Shown here one piece after another: positions 43,886 through 58,035 of a stretch of DNA of 64,000 bases. The notes beneath the pieces were generated by a model. The model was given only the letters and a program-made list of their open reading frames with translations, ran no database searches and was not told the origin of the DNA. A program made the translations under genes and the position numbers. Origin of the DNA: the human T2T-CHM13v2.0 reference genome, Homo sapiens; the NCBI RefSeq assembly GCF_009914755.1, contig NC_060926.1. The stretch is one strand, 5' to 3'. How positions within the stretch are numbered: position 1 is the stretch's first letter; every line of letters starts with the position of its first letter.

Positions 43886-45638
43886 TAGCTTCATAGGCAC
43901 AGGGTTAGATTAGCAACTGTTTTGTTCCTTTATGCAACCCAGTCTCACCTCTTAGTCTTCCTCATTTCTGCTTTGAATGACTAATGCCTGGTATCACTTT
44001 TTCAATGGTTTCAACCACCCTCCTATGTCTCTTCCTGGTGAGATCTCCATCCCTGTAAAGTGCCCCCACGTCCCCAAATTATTCCTTTTACCCTGAGTGA
44101 AACTCTTATTCCTTCAGGGTTAGCTCCTCTTAGCAGTGTTAGGATGAGAGTAATGTGATTAAACTAACTTGTACTGAATATAAGTGGCAAAAACTAATGT
44201 TTCTAATGATGACCACGTATCATTTAGGAAGAATTAATTCACAATTAAATATTGTGTTCATTCAATATTTCTTTAAAGGAGACTTTATTAAATGATCAGT
44301 GATTGTTCTAGGGTTGCAGTGTTGAATATGACAGACATATTCCTGTGTCATGGAGCTCATGTTCTGTTGGAGGTGGAAGACAGTAAAACAGAAAAGAAAA
44401 ATGTCAGATGCTACAGAAATGTTAGGTTTGGTGCCTATGACATTGGGAGTGGATATAAAATGAATAAAAGCCAGAGTTCTTCTGAGCAGGACCTTGCATA
44501 GCTGGAATGAAGGAGAGGAGTTATATTACAGATTAGGTACCAGATGAGTACTGGTGCCACTCACCAAGGAGAAGAACCCAGGAAGAGAGGTGTGGGCTCT
44601 GGGTAGGGGAAGAGGATCCTGGAGTTTGGAACTTGTGGAATTTCTATGAGATGGGGAGGATGCCCATTGGAAAGTTGCATTGATAAGCCCAGATTTAGAG
44701 AAAGGATGAAGTTGGAGATGTCTTTCAGAAACATTGGCATGTAGAGAACAGCTCCATCTTCCTCCTCTCTATTCCCCTTTCTTATTTTCACCTGGTCAAT
44801 CCATTTTGGGAACTCTTCATCAAAGAAGGAACATGCCGTTATCAGTGTTACTTCTGGAAGCAGTGCCATAGAGCAGGACTGTTGGGAAGAGACAAATTCA
44901 GTGCTTCTAACGTGGGCATAAAAATTACATCCTAATGTCAGAACCTGAAGTGTTGGATGAAGATATCACTGATATTCTTTTAATGTTACTCACTGAAAAC
45001 TCAAGGGCTTTTATCCTAGACCCTCCATTTTCCCTTTGGGCATTTCTGTGGGACTGGAGAAGCACAGAACGGAAGAGAATATGTTGCCCCAAATAGCCTA
45101 ATGACTTAGGTGTCACTGTCTGTGCCTTGGGCTTATCTGGTAAGTGCAATGTAAACTGAGAAAGAAAACAAGACTTGACCAGCAAACAAATCAATTATTA
45201 TCATACATGTCAGAGAGTGGCATTGTTCTATATTGCCTTACCTCAGAAATGCTACTGGTAACTGGAATATATTTCACAGAGAAGATTCTTGTATCTTTTA
45301 TAGGGAAAATGTTTATGTTCAATTTCCTAATTAGACTAAATCAGTCCTTGTTTTAGCTTCCTGACCACCAGTAAAATTATTGTAGGCCTCGCAATTTATA
45401 GTTTTAACAAATATTTTTATTGTTACAGTAATCTTAGAAAACAGTTGTTTTATTACATCCATTTTACAATGGCTTAATGAGAGCCTGATACCCTCCATTG
45501 GTGGAAATATCAAATTAACTCCTTGTGGTCCTGGGATAGAGTACCTGAGAGCCTGCAGCCACGGTTCATGGAGCCCCTGGGGAGGTTTCCAATTGTGTTA
45601 GAGAGTGAAGGTATTAAAGATAGAGATAAGAAGCATTT

Positions 45639-46056
45639 TTCTATGGACTGAATGGTGTCCCCCACCTCCTTTATATATTCAAGTCCTGAACCCCAATGTG
45701 ATGCTATTTAGAGATGGGATCTTTGGGAGGTAATGAAGTTTAGAGGTCATGAGAGTGGGGCCCTCATAATGGGGTTAGTGCCCTTACAAGAATACATGCT
45801 AGAGAGCTTGCTTGTGTACGACTCTTTTTCTCTTTCTTTACCCTTCCCTCTTCCCCTCTGCCGCCCTCCCTCTACCATATGAGGACACTGTAAGAAGGTG
45901 GTCATCTACAAGCCAGGAAGAGACCCCTCACCAGAACCCAGACATGCTGGTATCCTATTCTCAGATTTCCAGCTCCAGAACTATAAGAAATAAATGTCTA
46001 TTGCTTAACCCACCAGTTTATGGCATATTGTCATGGCAGCCCGAGCAAATTAATAA
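45639..46056 (+). mobile_element. MaLR solo LTR (MLT1A-like)
   Basis: CTATGGACTGAATGGTGTCCCC...CCAGAACTATAAGAAATAAATG...CATGGCAGCCCGAGCAAATTAA. Confidence 0.88.
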
Positions 46057-46238
46057 TGTGTCTAAATAGAGTAAGGAGAGCCTGAGGCAGGTATAGAGGG
46101 ATGGGATCCCCAAAGATTCTAAGAGTCAGAAGACACTAGAATAGGGACCTATGGCCTAACATAGTGGGATGATGGTAGGAGTGAGTCCGGCAACGGCAAA
46201 CTTGTATTTTTCTGTATGTATATGTGTTCCTGGTTTCT

Positions 46239-46239
46239 G

Positions 46240-46313
<74 letters not shown>

Positions 46314-46334
46314 ATGTATATGTATATGTATATG
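46239..46334. repeat. (TATATG)n hexanucleotide tandem repeat
   Basis: About 15 GTATAT units with one interruption. Confidence 0.95.
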
Positions 46335-46779
46335 TGTGTTGGTAAGCAGATCCACCATGCAAGCCTGGAAAGGAACAGATTTGCTTTTTGCCCAAAGTCC
46401 CTTCTGAGTGGTGGAGTTGGAGACTTTAGCCCAGGTTGTCTAGTTTATAATCCCATGCTCTTTTGTATACATTAGACACTAATATTGGTATCATCAAAAT
46501 AGAGACTAGTATCATTGCTATTTTATTGCTATTTATTAAGTTACTATTAATTACTATGACTTTCATTATTACTATTAAGTTATTCATAGCTCTATTAATT
46601 AAATTTTATTAGAAATCTAACGTTTTAAGTATAGGTATAATATTACAACATCTTTGTGAAACAAGATTTTAAGGTTAAGTGATCACTACTTTTTGTGTGT
46701 ATGAAAGAAAGCACCTTCTAAATTTCCCTGAAAGGTTTCTGATCCAGCTGGGGGAGGCTCTGCTGGCCATGGGAAGGGC

Positions 46780-47005
46780 ACAGGATTTGACAGCAGAAGA
46801 CCTGGTTGAGTCTTGCTTCTGCAGTTTGTTGATCTGCACGACCCTGGCAACTTGGTGAACCTTTCAGGGCCTTGGTTTCATCAGCTGTAAAAGAGGATTA
46901 ATAACAACGCTTATCCTTCCTGTTTCAGAAGATTATGGGCAGAAATACATGAGATATGAAGTGGAAAAAAATGCTTAAAAATTGGAGAACATTATAGAAT
47001 TGTTA
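46780..47005 (+). mobile_element. MIR SINE remnant
   Basis: AGACCTGGTTGAGTCTTGCTTCTGC...GACCCTGGCAA...GTTTCATCAGCTGTAAAA. Confidence 0.65.
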
Positions 47006-47210
47006 GTATGGAGGGTGGGCACGGTGCAGGGGCATCGTGCGGAGGTCTCAGAGATTGCTGGAACTGATGCCCTTCCTTTTTTTTTTGTGATTCCTGTCAC
47101 AAAAGAAAGGACATGAGTGGTTGGAAAAAACTATATCAGTTACAGTTCCTCATTTAAAAACAGAATAGAGCAAAATTTCTAGCCATAAAAGTTCAAGTTG
47201 ACAGGTTTGA

Positions 47211-47592
<382 letters not shown>

Positions 47593-49487
47593 TAAATTTC
47601 ACTTCAGACAGAGAAGGTGTTTAGCATGGTGAGTGGGAACTGCATTGACTTCAGTCTGAGTGCTAGTGAATGTTCAGGAATGACAGAGAGGGAGATGACC
47701 CTAAAGCCAGTGATGCCTCTGGCCTGGCTCAGACTCTTCGTTGTGAGATCTGTGGAGCCGCATCAGGAATTGAGGAATGGAAAAGATCGGGGCTCCTTTC
47801 AACCCGCTGGTGATATGAGCCCCACTCCGGGAACTCCCTGGCTGCTCTAGGAACCTGCAGGGCTGATGGCATGGCCTAAGCCCAAGAGGGAGACTCTGGA
47901 CAGCTCTGTCCCTGCCATTCTCTCTGTGGCCTGTTCACACCCCTCTCCTTTCACAATCCTGTGTATGGTGCCCCATCCCTGACAAGGCAAGCATCCACTT
48001 CTGATTATTTAAAGTCTGCCTGCTTGATACAGCTCATGTCCAGCTGCAGGTAAGAGGTGGAAACCTTGGCTCACCCCTCGTCCTGCCTCAGCATCGATAC
48101 CTGCAGTTTCTGTGGCTACCTCAGCAGAAATGATCTTTCAGCGCATTTCTTCTCATAACACAGAATTTTGCTTCTGGGTAAGCTTTTCTCCTTTGATCTA
48201 GGATATTGGACAACTGTTGAGTGGCATTTGCTTTTCTACTTTCCTCTTACCCCAGTCTTCCCAATGACTCGTCAAAGTTTAAAATGTCAACCGTCTTCTG
48301 ATGCCAACATAAACGTTCATCCAGCTTCCTTAATCCGCGCGCACAGCTGAGTTCAGAAGTCCAGAAGTCTATCTACACTAACACTGCTAGTCCGTTTCTT
48401 ATGGTCCAATCCAGAGGTATTTCCTCAAGCCCTTGTCTAGGTTTGATTTCATGTAGGGAGCTTGGAGTGTGGAAAATAGCACATTGCTATTATCTACTGA
48501 AAGAGCATGGTCTGGCAGGGGGATGGGGACCTTGACTTCCACTGGCCAACCGACTTTGTGGCCCCGGTCCACCCCTGTGGCCCTCTCCTTCCTTGTCTCT
48601 GTGAAAAGAGCGAGCTGGATGCTATGGCTCCTTTCAGTTCTGACTCTAATGATCTAACTTTCTTCTTTGGCTGGTTTTAGTATGTGAAAAAAACCACCTA
48701 GCAGACCCCACTTCTTCCTGTTGGCCCCCTACCCCCAGGACTCAGACTTTGCGTGTTTTTTGCTGACAAGTCAAAAATGTGCACAAAGCCATTCAAACAG
48801 ACCATCTAGCCAGTGATAGGGGATGTGTTTTATGATAGCAGTTGCTGGGATCTACATAGAGAATTTTATTTCCTTGAAGCCAATTGACCTGAATGGAAGT
48901 TAGGACCCCAAATCTCAGACACTTCTGCATGTACTGGCTCAGGCAGAATTTGTAAAAGATGTGGCTGTTATTGCTGAAATATTTGCATTTAATTTAATGG
49001 TAGCTTACATATTTGCACAGTGTTTTGCAGTTTTTCTTTACATGCTTGTTTAATCTTTTCAAAACTCTAGTATAACCAAAGCAGTTATGACCACTCCTGA
49101 GAAAGTCCACCTCAACTATGCATGTGCCCTGGATGCCACCACCTTGGCCAGCGTGCAGCATATGCCCCGCCATGCTGCCCATTTTAAAACCAGATTAATT
49201 AGCACTGTTTGTAAAAGGTTTTCATTTGACCTCAACCACTGGAAAAGCAAATAGCAATTCATGAAATAAAGTAAATGAGTAAATATGGTCAGATTAGGTT
49301 GTACAAAATGCGAAGAGTCCTCCTCTAAGGATACAGCCTCACTCTGACTGTTGAGGCCCGAGGAAGCTGCCAGCGGTGTCACACACTCTGTTGCTGGTCT
49401 AGGGAGGAAATGGCTCTGGAAAAAAATACTGGCATTCTTTACTCAAGTTTGCTTGATGTTGGAGTTGTAAGTGACCTCGAAGGGCAT

Positions 49488-49870
49488 TTTAATGGGCTGA
49501 ATTGTGGCCCCTGAAGATTCATACGTTGAGGTCCTAACCCACAGTACCTCAGAGTGTGACCATATTTAAAGTTAGGGTCTTTAAGGATGTCATGAAATTA
49601 AAATCAGGTCATTAGGGTCAGCCCTCATCTGTTATGAGCAGTGTCCTCGTGAGAAGAGATTGGGGCCACAGATAGGCACAAGGGAAGATAGGCGATGACA
49701 CAGGGAGAGGATGACTTGTCTGCAAGCCAACGAGAGGGGCCCTGGAGAAACCAACATTGCCAACACCTTGATTTTGGACTTGGCTCCCAGAACTGTGAGA
49801 AAATAAATTTCTGTTGTTGAAGCCACCCAGTCTGTGGTATTTGTTACAGCAGCCTTAGCAAACTAATACA
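49488..49870 (+). mobile_element. MaLR solo LTR (MLT1B-like)
   Basis: ATGGGCTGAATTGTGGCCCC...AGTACCTCAGAGTGTGAC...GTATTTGTTACAGCAGCCTTAGCAAACTAATACA. Confidence 0.9.
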
Positions 49871-52847
49871 GTCCTGTAGGCCTAGCTTCACCCCAGTTTT
49901 AGATTCCCTTCCCCCCGAGTGCTTGACAGATGGTTATTAGCCTTTGCTTGACCGTTTCTAGAGATATGGAACTTGCTGTCTCCAAAGGCAGTGGAGGTCA
50001 CTTGAGACTCTTTCAGTGAAAGTGGCAAAAATCCTTACCCAGAGAAGCTTAAGTAAAATGGGGACTGTATTGTCCAATTGAGAAGTCCAGCAAATGACCA
50101 GAGGTGTAGCTTTAACCAGGTCTCAGATGACGCGATCAGAACCTGCATCTCTCCCTCTATTAGCTCTGTCTCCTTTTGGGCAGGCTTACTCATAAGGCCT
50201 GCGCCAGAGGTCCCAGGCAGCTCTAGGATCAAGTTCAGCTGAGAACAGAGAATCATGCTTAGTTTCTGCTTAGCAGAAGGTAAAACAAGAACATCTGTTG
50301 TACTGACTGCTCCCAAGTCTGACGTAGAGAGTGGGTCCATCCCCTCTTCAGTAGAAAAGCCCTTCCCATCCTTGAGTCTCACCTGCAGCTTTGCTTCTCC
50401 AACTCCCTAGGGGTTTCTCCCAGAACATCCTATCCAAGACTCCTTTTTTCCTCCCTCCATATTGTGGCTCCTTTCTCTTTTGTTTTCGTCAGTGATCTCT
50501 TAAGATGTGATGCCCTTAACTGTACCCATTCCTGCTGTGTCTCACCACAGTCAGGAACAGCAGGATTAGTATCTGCTTTTGATTTGGTCATGACATTGCT
50601 TCAACCTGAGTTTCGATGAACTTGTTCAGCTTCGTCAAATTTAGCTTAGGGTCAAGTAAAACTCTTGAGGCCTTTTTAAAATTAACGGCTATGCCAAATG
50701 TCAGTGATTCTTCTCAGGAAATTATAGTGTTTGTGTCATATGTATACCTTAAGCCATATCCTAGGAAATTTTTAAACAAAATTGTAGGGGGTGTGTGTGT
50801 GTATATGTTCAGTCATTTGACTAAACAGAAAAATATAACAACAAAACAGCATATTGTGTCTTCTAAGTGGTTGGGTTCCATTAATCAAGGTTCTCTTTTG
50901 TTTTAAACATCTCTAGTTTTCTACCTGGAGATACACACAACTTAAGAAAAAAACAGATAAACTAAAATAACAATGGAGAGATATAAACATGGTCACAGCA
51001 CAGTGACCAGCACAGTGATCCTGCTGATGGTGACCATAGTTACACTCTTAGCTTATCAGTCATTTTAGAGGGAAGAATCTGAACACAACAAAATGATTTC
51101 CAGCTAGTAGAGACTCAGACCCAAATTACTTTTACCTTTTCTCTTTCTAGCAGAAACAATAGAAGGAAGTATTAGTAGCTGCAGAAAATATACACAGCTA
51201 AATATTATTTCTAATTCACTCTCTGACATACAATGTGATTCTTATGCTCTGTTCTACAAGGATGGGTCAGTGGCCAGTCATACCTGCTGGCTGATAGAAG
51301 CTTGGTGGCTCCCAGGATCTCCTTGGTGGTCCCTTCAGCTATGCTGTGGGACTACCACTGACTCTGAGCTTTGTGGCTTATATCCTAGCTCTTACTCTTC
51401 TGGTGAGATAGGCTTGTGGTGAGCAGAACCCTGTTATCTGCTCAGAGCATGTGCTGAAGTTCCATTGCACAGTGCGTCAGGATGCTCCAAATAAACAAAC
51501 TGTAATCAGCTACTCATTGAGCTATTTATTGTTTGTCCACATAAATAAAAATATTTATTTTCAACCATAGCCTATTAATGTTAGTCAAAAATGTTGCAGA
51601 ATATAGACATCTATTTTTTAAATATATTTCTAGGCCTCTTTTTTAAGTCCATTCATTCTTTCACATACCCATCACTTATTCCTATACCATAATCAGATAT
51701 CTTAATCATACATACACTCGCGTATGCACACATGTATAATATGTGCATAGTGTATATCCCTAGCACTTAGCATAGAGTATGTTCAATAAGTATTTGTTAA
51801 TTGATATTCTATTTGAAGTATTCATATTTTCTCTTCCGTTCGGGACTATTTACTGAGTGCCTGGTATGTGTCAAGCATTGGGGATAAAAATGAGCCAGCA
51901 TAATATGAAAGTCCTCACCCTGCATGCAGAATGCAGTCAGGTTGTAGGTGCACTGTTACAACCAAGATAAGTGTTGTGAGGAGAGGCACGTGATGCTGCA
52001 ATCACATATTAAAGGGAATGGACCAGGCATGAGATGGAGCTGGGTGAGAGCTGAAGAATATCAAGACACAGAGACAGGTGGGGATGGTGGCCGAGTGAGT
52101 CCATTTGTCATCCCTGCGAGTGGGAGGACTGAGAGCTAGGCAGTGTTGTGCCAGACAAGGTGACAAGGAAAGATGTTTTATAATAGAATCTTCTTCATAT
52201 CAGCAATTTTGATGCAGATGTTCCTACTGTGTTACGTAGACTTTCTGATGATCCATGCAGCTCTTGAAGCAAACAAGCACTCTTGTTAAGTCTGACACAG
52301 AACACCATTTCTTTGTCCAGGAAGAAAATGATTATGGCAACACTATTTCCTATGTCTTTCTTAACTCTTTGGACAACTAGATGGTTTACCCACACCCAAT
52401 CTCCCAAGAGTTTCAAAAGAAAGGAATAATTTAAATATGAACTTAGCTAGAATGTTGTATGGTTTTGAAGCCAAAATAGAAACCCAGACAGTGATCCCTT
52501 CAGGTTGAGAACCATGGGTCAGACATCACACATCATTTAATGGGTCTGTTTCTACTGCATGAAACACAGTGACTTGATGTCTGTTCATTCTTTGAGAAAG
52601 TAGACATGCACTTGGAAAAACATTCAAAAGGTATTTAGTAAAGTCTCTCTCCCACCCCTTGGGCAGTCCCCCAATTCCTCTCCTTAGAGACTATCCATTA
52701 TATGAGGTTCTAGTGTTGTATCCTTTTAGAGATATTCTGTTCATATGTAAGTATGTAGCTGTATGTGTCACTTCCTTTTTCTGACATAAATATTACAATA
52801 CTATACTTAATATTCTGCAATGTCTTTTACCTTGCTTTAAATGCCAA

Positions 52848-53128
52848 ACAGTTCTGGAGGCTGGGAAGTGCAAGATCAAAGTGTTGGCAGGTTCGGTGAC
52901 TGGTAAAGGCCTCATTCTCTGCCTCCCAGATAGCGCCTTGAATGCTGTGTTCTCTCATGGCAGAAGGCAGAAGGGCAAAAGGGGGAAACAGCTCCCTCAC
53001 ACCTCTTTTACCCACTCATGAGGGCTCCACTCTCATGACTTAATCACCTCCTTCATACTATCATCACATTGGTGAATTAGTTTCAACATATGAATTTTGG
53101 AGGGTATACAGACATTTAAACTGTAGTA
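52848..53128 (-). mobile_element. MaLR LTR fragment (MST/MLT1A-like)
   Basis: CAGTTCTGGAGGCTGGGAAGTGCAAGATCAA...CTCATGACTTAATCACCTCC...TTCAACATATGAATTTTGG. Confidence 0.85.
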
Positions 53129-53562
53129 TCTACAATCTATGATTTCTACCAGTTTTAATTTTTTTTTTAGTGTGGAACATGAACCTTAATATACTTTCAG
53201 AACAATCTGAGAGCAGAAGTCTTTTAATTTAAAAATTTAAAGGTTGCCTTTCCCATGCCTAATTTGACAGTACTTTTTTCCCTACCATTTAAATCTTTAT
53301 TATTATGTGATTATTAGGAAGTACATAACTCACTATACGAACTCAAAATCTACAGAAATATACTCCTTAGGCGATGAAGGGCCCTATCATCGCAGATTTC
53401 CAGGATAATCATTGTTCGTGATTTGCTGTCTGTCTCCTTCTTGGTTTGTTTTTGTATTAATATAATGTGAATATGGATATGAATTGATTCCATATTGAGT
53501 ACACATACAGACATTTTATGGAGAAATGGGAACAGAATAACCATTGTTTTAAGAGATTTACC

Positions 53563-53739
53563 TCATGGTTCTCAACAGGAGCCATTTAAAAATGTGCACA
53601 GGACAAATTTTAGTGTTTCAGACACTGGCATTTAGCACCCAAGCGTCAGGGATTTTAAACATCCCACAGTGAATGGTGGATCCCACACAATAAAGAATTG
53701 CACCATCCAAAATGACAGTAGCTTGTTGAGAAATACTGT
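53563..53739. mobile_element. MER20-like hAT-Charlie element
   Basis: Termini TGGTTCTCAAC / GTTGAGAAATACTG; internal CTGGCATTTAG...CAGGGAT...AAACATCC...CACAATAAAGAATT. Confidence 0.65.
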
Positions 53740-54851
53740 TTTCATGAGAGTAATGCTTCCTTTTGCCCTCATATTTTATCAGTTTACATAAGATTATATT
53801 AAATGATGTTATGGATTCATGGAGTGCCTGAGCAAGGCAGGCTCTTTTTGAGTACAATGAGGAAGAAGACATGGCCGTTGTCTCCCAGGGTCTCAGTCTT
53901 CAGTGTGCAACAGACTGTGATGAGTCCTCTAATGGAAACAAAGAGTGTAGCAGAGGAACAGCGGGGGACAGGAGGACTAATTATACCTGGAGACATCTTG
54001 GGAGGCTTCTTGGAAGGGATGATTCCTTTCAACAGTGGGACTCTCAAAATCAGAGGTACCAGTGCCCCAAGTCATATCTTGGAAAAAGGGAGAGAGATAC
54101 TGTCAGCCCTGCTACTTCTAGATAAGCACTTGGTCTGAACATGAGCTGTAGCAGCTCCTGCCTGTTGCTCAGGTCACTGATTCTGTGGCCTTGTCTCCTC
54201 TCCTCTCTGGCCACTCTTACCACCATTCTAGCACTAGAGGAGGGTACCATGATGTAACTCAGGCCACCTTCTTGGGATGGGAATCCCAAGGAATGCCAGC
54301 TGTGGTTCTTTCAAACCAGCCAGTCCTGGAGTGGGACACAGGATGCAGGAGATGCCATGGAGAGGACAAAAAAAGGGGAGAGAAGACAAGAGATTCCAGA
54401 CAGTTACAGCAAAACCCTATTCTGCTAGTGAGGGACACAGAAATCCTGGCAAGATATCCACAGTAGCATATCATGGAAGATAGCTGGGAGGAGGGGGACA
54501 GTTATGAGAAAACAAATTTTCTAGACTAAGATTTAATTCTTTCAAGGCCTATCCTTTATATTTTAGTTATTTTCTAAAGAGTTTGGATATATATTTTCTT
54601 ACTCTCTTAAACTGACAATAGAGAACATCATCTTATTCAGGTCAATAGTGTGAATCAGTGATTATGTAGAAATAAGCTTCATTCCTGGGGAGGAGGGCAC
54701 ATCAAGTGCTTGTGCTGAGCACAGGAGTCTCCACTCTAATCAGCAGCTGATGTCTGCCACTCTGCCTACTCTAGGAAGACATCTATAACAATTCTGAAAA
54801 AAAAAATTTTTTTAGGGACAAGTTTATATAGACCATAAAAGGATAATCTGG

Positions 54852-55166
54852 GGCCAGGTGGATGGCTCATGCCTATAATCCCAGCAACTTTGGGAGGCTG
54901 AGATAGGAGGATTGCTTGAGCCCAGGAGTTCATGACCAGCCTGGGCAACATAGTGAGACTTTGTGTCTACTAAAAATCAAAAGTTAGCTTGGCGTGATGG
55001 TGCACACCTGTAGTCCCAGCTACTTGGGGGGCTGAGGTGGGAGGATCACCTGGGCTCTGGTGGTCAAGGCTGCATTGAGCTGTGATGACGCTACTGCACT
55101 CCAGCCTGGGTAACAGAGCAAGACCCTGTCTCAAAAATAAATAAATAAATAAAATAAAAATAAAAA
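54852..55166 (+). mobile_element. AluJ SINE
   Basis: Dimeric Alu with (AAAT)n tail. Confidence 0.93.
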
Positions 55167-55869
55167 GCTGAGAATGATGGAGCCCAATCTAAGGGCGCAC
55201 CATATACTGTCTACCATACAGAAAACGTAATCCAGTTTATATATGAGGCAGACTGTAGACTGTGCTCCAGGGATCTGGTGTCAACAACCAGCTCTTTTCA
55301 TTAGGAAATCTAGTAAAAACTCCAGCCAGGTATAGCTGAGGAAATTGCCCAAGTGGTCTGTGACCTGTCTGAAACATTGCTTTTTGAATCTTGGTTTGTT
55401 GCTGGTCTGTCTTCATCTCCCACCCTGGCCTCGAGCAACCTTGTATGCATTGGTGTGCGTGCATCTTTGCGTGAGGGCTTGCAACACAAACTGTAGACAA
55501 GTGTCAGTCTAACGGCAAATACTGAACTTCCAAGTGATAAAAAACAATCTTCATCTGGGGTCTTTCATTTGTATCCAGTGTATTATTATAATTATTTTGG
55601 GAAGTTTTGTTTCTCTGCCAGGGGCTTTGCAAAATGCTTGTTGCCATCAGTCATTAGGTGAATAGGGGTTCTCTGGTGGTGCTGCTCTTTTGCGTCTCAG
55701 ATCTGGGCATTGTAGAATAACTCCACTTAGGTCTTTCTTTGCTGCTCACACCCTGTGTTGTTTCTGGAATAATATCCAGACTGTATCTGGACTGGAAAAG
55801 TTCACTTCTTTCTTCAAAAATCCTTAGACTGTAATCCTTCTTGTGTCTTTCAGTCACCCTGTCTGGCCA

Positions 55870-56185
55870 CAGATGCTTGAGATTCTATGGTGAACCCTTG
55901 TTCGCTTTGTTTCCTCTGCCTGTGATGCTCTTTCTGCCCTCTTTGGCCAACCACTTCTAACTCAGGTGGCCTCAACCCCCAGGGTTGGCTAAAGGTCTCT
56001 CCTGTGTGGTCCCATTGCACTCTTTGGATATCTCTTAGTATATTATATTTAACTTATTTGTTTATGTGTTTGTCTTCCCAACTAGGCTGTAAGTCCCTTG
56101 AAGACCAAGTAGATTTCCTCTTCATTTTTACTCCCCTCACAGTATATGGTAGATAGTGGCATCTTAATAAATGTTTATTGAGCAA
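55870..56185 (+). mobile_element. L2 LINE 3' end
   Basis: TGTTTGTCTTCCCAACTAGGCTGTAAG...CTTAATAAATGTTTATTGA. Confidence 0.7.
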
Positions 56186-56957
56186 AATTTATGTTCACTG
56201 TGGTTTTTAGTGGCTTTTGGTGGGGGTGGGGGAGGGTGGATTTAGCCATATTATAGTTGGTTAAATTTAGAAAAGTAGGGTCTCACAACTAACTACACTG
56301 TTAGGAATTACAGAATGACTCATAATTCATTGTATCTATATCTTGAACACTCTTGAAAAAAATACCAGTTTTATTGTAAGATAACCACAAATCAGCTTAA
56401 ACTGCTAATACTGTGAATTGTGCTTATATAAGAAATTAGAATCTGTAACAATTTTTTTCTCCTACTCTTGTAGTTTGCTCAAATACAGGATAAAAAACGA
56501 GTGGCAGGTGATTTGGGTTTTCCACAGGGTAGTGTTTTCTGCTGCATCATTTGCTTCTTATCAATTGTGTTCCTCTTTATAGATAACTTCAGTTTACCAA
56601 CCACCTGTTCTAAAATTGCCTTTGTTTCTTGTCTATTTTTATTACTACTGACTTCCTGTTCTGAAATAGGACAGTCATGCTGTTTTTGAGTTTTATCATT
56701 ATAGGTGTTCAGTAGGTATCTATATCTCGTGGAGAGACTTTTTTTTTCAGTGTCTTGTATTTCCAGACATCAGTGCCCATAAGATTACTGATTATACATC
56801 AGTAATCTTATGTATAATCTTATGTAAAAAAATTCTAGGACCCTGAACATATGCTCATATTCAGCATAAAAAAGAATTTGATTGTCTAGAAAATGATCCA
56901 GTAAAATATGCTTTAAATTCCTTTATATTAGCAAATCCCTAACTTTATTAGAGTGAA

Positions 56958-57610
56958 TGTGTTCATTTGCTTGGGTTACCACAAAGTACCACGGTCTGGG
57001 TGGCTTAAAAAACAGAAGTTTATGGCCGGGCGTGGTGGCTCACGCCTATAATCCCAGCACTTTGGGAGGCCGAGGCAGGTGGATCACTTTAGGTTTGGAG
57101 TTCAAGACCAGCCTGGCCAACATAGTGAAACCCCATCTCTACTAAAAATACAAAAATTAGCCGGGCCTGGTAGCATGCACCTGTAATCTCAGCTACTTGG
57201 GAGGCTGAGGCAGAAGAATCGCTTGAATCCGGGAGGCGGTGGTTACAGCAAACCAAGATCATGCCATTGCAAAAAACAAACAAAAAAACTCGGAAGTTTA
57301 TTTCTTCACAGTTCTGGAGGCAAAAAGTCCGAGATCAATTGTCCGTAGGGTTGGTTACTTCCAAGGGCCTCTGTCTTTGGCTTAGGTTTTCTTCCAGAGT
57401 TTTTATTTCTTCCCTTGTGCCTGTTTGTGTCCTAATCTCTTGTAAAATCACCAGTTATATTGGATTAGGACCTATCCATATGACATCATTTTACCTAATT
57501 ACCTCTTCTAAGGCTATATTTCCAAATACAATCACATTTTGAGGTACTGGGGGTCAGAACTTAAGACTTCAGCACATGAACTGGGGGAACACATGGTTCA
57601 GTCATAACAG
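56958..57610 (-). mobile_element. MaLR solo LTR (MLT1-like) interrupted by an Alu
   Basis: CACAAAGTACCACGGTCTGGGTGGCTTAAAAAACAGAAGTTTAT [Alu] TTCTTCACAGTTCTGGAGGC...TGAGGTACTGGGGGTCAG...TTCAGTCATAACA. Confidence 0.85.
57024..57290 (+). mobile_element. AluS SINE lacking the last ~35 nt of the right arm
   Basis: Alu body ends ...ATGCCATTGC directly into the A-rich tail; flanked by GAAGTTTAT on both sides. Confidence 0.92.
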
Positions 57611-57899
57611 TGCGTACTATGGCAGTTTAAATATCCTATTCTGATACTGAAGTACTTTTCAGTGACTATTCAGTAAATATACGTGTACTTCTTTGCCTTT
57701 TCATAGATCCAAATGCTGTCTTTCTTTCTGCTCACAATTTTACCCTTGCTGATTTCTTGAAGCCACTGGCTTCCTCAAAATGGTTGGTGAGGAAGGAATG
57801 TGAATGCTCTTGTCTTTTGGAATTCTGGGATAAAAGTTTTGTCAGAAACCAAAGAGTATTTACTTGGATACTTTTCCTTAAGATGATGATGATGATGAT

Positions 57900-58035
57900 G
57901 AATCATTTATTGAGTGCTTATTTTGGGCAAGTCATTGTGTCGTCATTTTCACAACAAACCTACAGAATACATGTTTTTATCCCCACTTGATATATGAGGA
58001 AACTGAGGCTCAGAGAGATGAAATAACCTTGACCT
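57900..58035 (-). mobile_element. MIR SINE remnant preceded by (GAT)n
   Basis: CATTTATTGAGTGCTTA...ATGAGGAAACTGAGGCTCAGAGAG. Confidence 0.8.

Noticed and set aside
46149-46475. ORFs with YTYT, IYIY or CICI repeats
   Set aside because: Translations of the (TATATG)n microsatellite.
48030-48060. Strong donor CAG|GTAAGA at 48049/48050
   Set aside because: No convincing acceptor or promoter could be paired with it by eye; such sites are common in long introns.
56803-56826. Short tandem duplication TAATCTTATGTA x2 (similar small ones near 5232, 7792, 16741, 31888)
   Set aside because: Short AT-rich slippage products expected at this frequency.
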